A DNA stretch of 64,000 bases. It comes from Stegostoma tigrinum (Eukaryota). The DNA lies in the NCBI RefSeq assembly GCF_030684315.1, contig NC_081368.1, positions 22,005,899 through 22,069,898 on the forward strand, given 5' to 3'. Positions 12,470 through 64,000 of the stretch are shown here, in pieces (the stretch's first letter is position 1; each line of letters opens with the position of its first letter). A program made the position numbers and the translations under genes. The notes under the pieces are model-generated. The model was not told the DNA's origin, made no database searches, and was given only the letters and a program-made list of their open reading frames with translations.

Positions 12470-15362
12470 AACACAAACATAAATATAATCAAAATTTTAT
12501 TGGGACTGACCAATTCTGTTAATACACACCAATTTTATATGTAAAATGGATTTTGAAAACATAGCAGTTACCGACTAAGTCCTTAAACAACATTCAGGCT
12601 TTGACTAAGATTAGTAGACACATTTTTAAATGGTTCACAAATAAAGAACGCTAAACTTTTCATCACTTTCATCAAGTGATAATGGAATCCACCACACATG
12701 TAATTACTTCCTTCAGTTTCTGGTTCTATTTTCAACTGAGGAAGTAAAATGGAGACTAATGGTGTGCACTAGAAATAAAAGCACTTGTATTTTGTCTTTA
12801 TCCAGTTATAACAGTATTGTGTCATTGGCTCTGCACCATTCCTAGAAGCACATTTTATGAACATAGATATATTTAAAGATTAATACATTGGGTCAAGTTT
12901 GATAATGTAAAGGAATAAACATGGTACATGCATATCTGTAGCAGTCTTCAGTTCATCCATTCACAAACTCCAAAAGTACAAACAAATACAAAGGTTTACC
13001 ACACATCTACAAGGCTGGTGTTTCAGTTACCGTAAGTGAAGGAACTAAATGGCTCTCAAATAAAAGCCATGAGAACAAGGTAGACATAAAAGTGGAACTA
13101 AAGCCCATAGTTATGTAACCTCAAAAAAGTACTTGGTTTCAAAGGGGTACGAGTGCTATTACTCTAAACGTTTAAAACTTCTTCAGAAAAGATAAATGGC
13201 AAATCTGACCATGTAAAGGGTGGAAATAAAAATATCAGTGAAAGTCTGCTCGTGTTCTCAGGTGAAAGCAAGGATTTCAAAGCACCACTGCTTTACATCA
13301 ATTCTGGAGTAATAACAATTTTAACAAAAAATCTTCACGACTGTGTTCAACAACTAAGAGCTGTGACTGCATCTAAAGGGTTCTACTATCAGTTTATAGG
13401 TTTGGTTACGAAACAGTTGAAAGGGCCAAGTCAATGTTCATTAGCAGTGATATTGGGGGCAGCTGATTTCAATCTCAATATTTATCAGTACGGCTGATTT
13501 TTAAAAAAAGTCAGATTGCAAGGAGAACAAATGTAATTGTTTTGCTGATTAAAAGGGAATCAGTCAGAGGCAACGAAATAAATGAATGAATGAAAAGTTA
13601 GGCATTCTTGAATCTTGCAGCTCTTACAAAAATAATCTTGTACTAAATACACAGAATTTAAATATACTCTCCACACAACAATTCCAAGCTATACCTTGCA
13701 GAGGTTTGGCTCAATACATTAACTCCTAAGTACACTACTCAGATGCAAACTACTACAGTACAATGGTCCGAGCAGTGATCTGGATAAAATAACATAGCAG
13801 TATACTTCACAAAAGAAAAACAACACAGGCACAAATCAAAACCAGTTACAAGGGCAAATCAGCAGCTATTCTGAATCAGCATTGGACACTGTGCTGAAAA
13901 AGGAAAATAAACCATTAAAATTACAAGCACACTGCAATTTAATATTCCTAGCTATGTTTACCAGATTAAATCCACTATTCACATCTATTACAGCAAATTT
14001 TAAAAAATGTGTCTCAATTAAGGAAGAATAAAAAAGCTGTGCAATACCTTGTAGAAACTGAAAAATGAAAAATCTCAACATCAGCTTCAGAACTGGTTGC
14101 TGAGGTTTGATTTTTACAGATTAACACAATGAGTTTTCAGTACATTCAAACTTCTCCAAAAAAATTAATTCCAGACTGGAAATAAATCCACAAAATCAGA
14201 CTATAAATGATCACAAAATACATTTTTAAAAAATCATAACCATAATTTTAAAGGTAGTTGCAAATTGTCTTGCACAGAATACATTAGTTCCAAGGTGTAC
14301 TGTAACTACACAGTGCTAAACCTCCAGGTAATGTTAAGGTTCTTCATTTCCCAATCCAGCATATCTCTGACATGGAATGCACAGGGTAAATTAGAGAGAA
14401 ATCCTTCTCTGGGACACACAAAAGTGAGGGAAAACAAAATCTCAGATAATAGCCTCATCCCCAATTGCATATCTTAACAGACAGTTGTTTGTTTGTTCCA
14501 AATGAAGGTGACACAAAGATTTATTGTGAAGGATATCAGAAAGTAGTGCTGGATAATCAGAAAAAAACTATATAAGAATGCATATTGAATTAACAGAATG
14601 GCAAATACTTCTTGGCAATGTGGTTGAACAGTTAAACCATAAAAAGATAGATGCCTTCACAGCCTTTTCACTACAGATGACAGAACATTGCTATGCTATC
14701 TAAAATTAGTAATTAAGAAATTAGCAAACCTCATTTGAGGTATCATAAATGGGCAGTGGACAAAGTTCAAAATGTGCATTATTGGTAAATGTTTCAGAGA
14801 CACAAGTGTCCATCATTGCTTCATCCCTATGTCTTGTATACCAAGTACTGTCGCAGTTAGAAACCAAAGTAAGGTAATATAACCTTCAATCCAGTTCTCA
14901 TCTTTCAGTATTTACTGAATTTACCCCTGTAAAGATTACAATAATTTCACTGATCTTTCCACATCTTAACTGAAGCAAGCACTGGTTAAGCTTCTCATTG
15001 CAATTTCTGTTACTTGGTCCATGCTAATACTGATGCAGTATCGTTAACAACTACATTGCTGTAGCTCACAAGTAATGCACATCTGCCTCAAATTATTTAG
15101 AAAAATGAATGGCTACTACCCACAGCAGAACAATTTACTTCATCCATTTTTAAATTACTTCTGATTTGCTGTTCCATGAAAGTTCTTGTAGCATATTAGG
15201 GATACGAAAAATATTTGACCATTTTGTAATAAAAATAAAATCCTTCCCTAAAAAGAGTAGTTTTGACTTTCCCAGTCAAAACGGTCTATTTGTACATCGT
15301 TACCTAATGATACTTCCAGTGCAAATTGCCAGTGTAGTTTAATGTCCAGTATAAAAACAGTT
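12470..15362 (-). other. Putative ABCB7 3' UTR (end uncertain)
   Basis: AT-rich stretch after the stop with no recognisable repeats. Minus-strand AATAAA at 14520-14525 and 12496-12501 are candidate poly(A) signals. Confidence 0.5.
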
Positions 15363-59164
<43,802 letters not shown>

Positions 59165-60279
59165 CTGCAAAGACACAAGAACAAACATTATAAAAGGTTG
59201 CACACTATACCTAGTGAATAATTTGACTGATTTACAGCTTCCTGAATAAAAGGTCCTAGAGGCACTTTCAAATGTCAAGTCCTTGGTGCTGTAAAAAGTT
59301 GGCAGTGAAGATTTAATTCATTGTAACATCTAATAGCTGGAAGCTGATGCCATTGCTCCACTGTACTTACATGTTTACTTTTCACAACAATGGCAACTTT
59401 TTTTATTTATTACAGTAAACAGTTGTACCTCAACATTTAATACATTCATAAAAACACAGTGCAGGTATATACAATTTTTTTTTCTTATTAAAGACACCCA
59501 CTTCCAATCAAACCAATAGTACAGAATGGTGTAAGTACTCAGGTTTATTTCTAAAATCAGGCCAGGAATTGCAACCGACACCATCATACACATTGTAGCT
59601 TCTGCTAATGTCATTCTTCATCCAGCCAATAGAAGCTGCGCAAGGACATTAAGTTGATGAGAGGCTAAGAATTCCCCCACGTCTTTTAGTGTCCATCCAA
59701 GCTTCAGAAGTCATATATAGCATGGCAGGCCAAATGGTCTCCTGTGATTCTACACTAACAGGTCAAAAAGCAGCAAGACAGCTAAAGAAAACTTGTGAAT
59801 TTAATTGGTCCACTCCATTTAAATCACAACAACTCAAAATGGCAACAGTGGACTTTTTTTTAAGAAAGTGCACAAGTATTTAATTCTGTAATGGTGCTAG
59901 AATAAATTAAACTTTATGTGGGGACAGAGGGCACAGATGAAGGAAAAGAACTCCATGTAATCATACACCTCAGCTGCAGCCAGTGATCTGGTTGCCAGTA
60001 AACTCAAACAAGTTCCTTTGCTATGTTTGCAGGATCATAGGTAAGATGTTGGTAGGATCCAAACAAAGGATAACATGACATGACATTAAAAACAAAAATA
60101 AATATATTCTTGAGAGTACAGCAATGTCATTTGAGCAATGCAAAATTGGAAAAATGTTTCTGATCAGATTTTCACAAAATATTTAGGAATTACCGGTTGC
60201 CACAGATCATTAGAGAAGCATTTGGAAAATAAATAAATAAATATGTTAACAAAAATTGGATAGGGCAAGAAATGAGAGA

Positions 60280-60620
60280 CTATGAGTCAGAATCTCTGCA
60301 GTGCAGGAGGCAGCCATTTGGTCCATCAAGTCTGCACCAGCCCTCCAAACAGCACCCCAACCTTCACCCTATCCCTGTAACCCTGCCTTTACCACATCTA
60401 ATCGACTCATCCTGCACATCCCTTCATTCTACAGGCAGTTCAGGATGGCCAATCCACCTAACTTGCACACCTTTGGACTGTGGAAGGAAACTGGAACATC
60501 CAGCAGAAAACCATACTGACATGGGGAGAACGTGCAAATTCCACACAGGCAGTCACCTAAGGTTGGAATCGAACCCCTATCGCTGGTGCTGTGAGGCAGC
60601 AGTGCTAACCAGTATGCCAC
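60280..60620 (-). mobile_element. tRNA-derived SINE (HE1/V-SINE-like)
   Basis: Reverse-complement similarity to 46133-46440; B box ggttcgattcc on the minus strand. Confidence 0.8.
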
Positions 60621-61028
60621 CTGAAAGCCAGCATACACCCGTTCTACTATCTAGTTACTTCTGATCATAAATTTGTATGAAAATAACATGTTTCTAACAA
60701 AAGTTAGCAGGAAAAGATAAATATAATGGAAAGGAAAGCATGGAAAACAAGTCTCAGTACATCCTACAAAGGTTCAAATTACGATACTTGTTCCATGCAC
60801 CCAAAGGGAAACTCCATAAAGCCACAGTCCTCATCTTTTTAACTGATGACCACAGTCTCCAAAAATCTCCCAGAAGATGTTCAACACACTAGTGATTCAA
60901 GTGAGGCTATACCTCCAATTGGAAATGCAGCCAATTCCTACTTTTAGTTTCCTAGGACAACGTCGGGCTGTAGTTGAATGAAGGCTAGGTAATACCGGAT
61001 AAAGAGAAAAATAAGTTGCATTTTACAG

Positions 61029-61252
61029 GAGATGACAAGGTGTAGAGCTGGATGAACACAGCAGGCCAAACAGCATCAGAGGAGCAGGAAGGCTGACGTT
61101 TTGGGCCTAGACCCTTCTTCAGAAATGAAGGAGGATCTAGGCCCGAAACATCAGCTTTCCTGCTCCTCTGATGCTGCTTGGCCTGCTGTGTTCATCCAGC
61201 TCTACACCTTGTCATCTCAGATTCTCCTGCATCTGCAGTTCCTACTATCTCT
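61029..61252. repeat. Fold-back (palindromic) PLE-terminus element; arms 61029-61121 and 61126-61218, 4-nt loop
   Basis: 93-nt arms are reverse complements with 6 mismatches; centre cttca-gaaa-tgaag. Confidence 0.9.
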
Positions 61253-62984
61253 GTATTTTAAAGGATTTGATTCAGTTATTAAATGCAGTCATGTAATAAT
61301 AGCATAGAACCCAAATTTTATCAATACCTTATGGCTCTTGATTGAACTGTTCTTACTGCACTGCACAGAGGTGGCCTCCCATATTGTACGCATCATAAGA
61401 GGTCATCAAAACCTCCGCTGCCCACTTTCGTATTTACATTCAACTGCATTCACTGATCCATTATGTGCTCACTGACCTATGCTGACTCCTGGATTAATCA
61501 ATACCTTGATTTGTAATTTATTTGAAAATCAGTGAATGGCCTTTCCCCATGCAATCTCTAATCTGCTCCAGGTCTACAATCTTCAGTGATATTTGCACTC
61601 TTAATAGTCTACTGAGCATTACCAACTTTAAATCAGTTTACCATTTGCATTCAGGCCTTCAAAACTCAAAGCTCAGAATTTCCTATCTGATCCTCTCTGC
61701 CTCTAACATGGTCTTCAGCATTACCTTTCTAATCTTAACCTGCTTTAACATCTCCTTGTAAACTAGCACCGAAAATTGTATCAAGAACACTTTCACGAAG
61801 CAACAGTGCCTTTTGCGATGTTAAAGGTGTAAGGGAGATACAAGGTTCTTGTGCTTGAATGCTCGATGGAATGATGTCAATAGCAAGTTTGTTAATGGTA
61901 AAACCACAAATAACCTGTAGAATACCTAAAGGTCACAACTGGCATAAAATAACAAAGAATATTGAGAAGCCATTAGGCCACTTTGGATTTTTGGTTGACT
62001 GATCCAATGATGGCAGGGAGTTCTAGAGTAGACAACTTGTTTAGTGGATCAATTAACAGACTCAAAAGCCTACTGTGCTAGATACACACAATATACACGA
62101 GAGCCAGCTTCCATAGAAACAGATGAAAAATTAGTCACATGCTAAAATTATGTAATACATTTTTAATGGAAGAGTATTTAAATTTAGATAGTCAAAAACA
62201 AAGCACACAGACATGAAAACATTGCAAACATACTCCAAAGCTGCACATCAAGACAGCACTTAAAATGAAGGGAAGCATAGATCTTAGAAAACTTTATATT
62301 TACGTAGAACAGAGAATGCCATTGTATACTGCATAATGTGGTTTATTCCATAAGGATAGAAGATCAAATTGCTTAGGGGCAATGCAGTTACGTGAATACT
62401 ATTCAAATTACATTCCCAAATGAATAAAGCTATGATTTCAGAGAAAATGGTATATAGTTAGTTTCATAATTACATTTGAAAACTGTAAACAAAATACCAG
62501 TATAATTTTGGAAGGAATCTTTAATGTGGTTTATTTTTCAAGAAAGCATGCAAAGGAAGAGGTTTCAAGCAATAATTGAACAGATTGTACATTTAATTAC
62601 AATTCCTATTTTGAACAGGACAAGCTTGACACATTTAATACACTAGCTATCTGCTAATAATTAAATATCTGACACTATCTTGTTAAATGTTAACATTAAG
62701 GTTAAAAGCGACTCTCCTTCTCCCTCAGTATCTTAACCCCAACTAGAAAATAACTCTGATCCCTCTAGCTTCCGACCCACACTAGCACCTGGCTAAAAGG
62801 GCAAAACAGAAAACTTGCATTCGGAGGCTTCAAGCTCCAAGACATACAAAGTTCACAGCAAATTAAAGAAAATACAGGGATATGTTGGCAGAGTAACCAG
62901 ATTATGAAAAAAGATAAATATTGTGTATACAGTGTAATGGTTAGAGTAAAGACAGACATTTTTCTCCCCCATTATCTTCTTTCA

Positions 62985-63310
62985 CGGAATAGGAGTGTCA
63001 TTAGCAAGGCCAGCTTTTGTTGCCCATCCACAATACACTTGCACTGAGTGGTTTGCTTGGCCATTTCAGTGGGCAGTCAAGAGTCATGCACATTGCTAGA
63101 AGTCCAGGACACAGGCCAGACTGAGTTAGAATAACGAATTTATTTCCAGAAAATGTTTTTTTCAGTGATCTGATGATAAGTTCAAAGTTGCCATTACCTG
63201 GACTAGTTTTATATTCCAGATGCATTAATCAAATTTAAATTCTAATTGCTGCCATGGTTAGATTCGAACCTATGGGCCTCTGGATTACCCGTCAAGTTAC
63301 ATTATCATCA
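62985..63310 (-). mobile_element. Degraded Deu-SINE-like copy
   Basis: Colinear similarity to 55030-55378. Confidence 0.65.
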
Positions 63311-63862
63311 TGCTATCATATCTGGAATATTCATCTCACTTTGTGATGCTGACAAATTACACAGTATTTCTCTCAACAGTCACAGCAGAGAACAGTGAGG
63401 AGGCATTCTGCCTGTCATGCTGGCACTGGTTTGCTGAAGGAGCAAATTACCTAGTTCCATTCCCTGGCTTCTCTGTGATGTACAAAAAAATTGTCTTAGG
63501 CTAGTTATCTGTAAATCATTTGTATACTTTAGCTTTGTGGCAAGTTATGAACTGGAGCTGTTTTCTTTTTTTGCCTTCTCTCTTGTTTTCAGCCTCTACA
63601 AACTATTTCTTGAGTTCAAGGTGCCTGAGCTAAGATTTAACAAAATGGATGTAATACAACATATTTAATTATTTGCTAGAAGGTCTGTTTTAGTTTGGTG
63701 AAACCACAAAATTCACTGACCACACTAAACTCTATTACTAACTTTGGGAAGTGAGGCAGAATGGAGTTGAGTTGGAGAAAATCAGCAACATGAACTGTAT
63801 CTTCCTCTGTGCTAGATAGCCTATCTCAACAATTTCTTTTCTAACAGAACTTATACTGATGA

Positions 63863-64000
63863 CTCTACATTGGGGAAACCAAGCGGAGGCTTGGGGACCG
63901 CTTTGCAGAACACCTCCGCTCAGTTCGCAAAAAACAACTGCACCTCCCAGTCGCAAACCATTTCCACTCCCCCTCCCATTCTCTTGATGACATGTCCATC
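63863..64000 (+). mobile_element. PLE fragment of the same family (GIY-YIG region), running off the window
   Basis: Encodes LYIGETKRRLGDRFAEHLRSVRKKQLHLPVANHFHSPSHSLDDMSI; near-identical to 27104-27241. Confidence 0.9.

Noticed and set aside
12470-15362. Iron-responsive element in the ABCB7 3' UTR
   Set aside because: The minus-strand CAGUGN hexamers I checked (about 13890, 13930, 14950, 14980) lack the 5-bp upper stem with bulged C
59165-64000. ABCB7 exon 4 (…WPKDRPDL…)
   Set aside because: No matching codons found on the minus strand; it presumably lies beyond the window

Overview
This is AT-rich, repeat-dense eukaryotic genomic DNA, almost certainly from a cartilaginous fish (inferred from shark-type HE1/V-SINE, Deu-SINE-like and CR1 repeats). 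One host gene runs on the minus strand: the 3' part of ABCB7, the mitochondrial ABC transporter needed for cytosolic Fe-S biogenesis. I located 12 coding exons (human numbering 5-16, 59164 down to the stop at 15363), all with GT-AG junctions and consistent phase. Exons 1-4 lie beyond the right edge of the window. Introns and downstream DNA are filled with CR1/L2 LINE fragments, tRNA-derived SINEs, a hAT-like MITE, probable solo LTRs, and at least three families of Penelope-like elements (PLEs). The most interesting signal is the set of PLE-derived minimal hammerhead ribozyme (HHR) motifs, CTGATGA-stem II-GAAACGTC. They occur at the end of a long open RT-GIY-YIG element, as a solo ~94 bp module, as a 330-nt tandem, and as fold-back palindromes whose two arms meet at the ribozyme core. 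Several lie in the sense orientation of the ABCB7 pre-mRNA, and one near-identical inverted pair brackets exon 13. PLE hammerheads are a known class; the fold-back derivatives and their possible effect on the host transcript are my inference. Repeat boundaries are estimated by eye and family names are recognised from memory, not from a database search.
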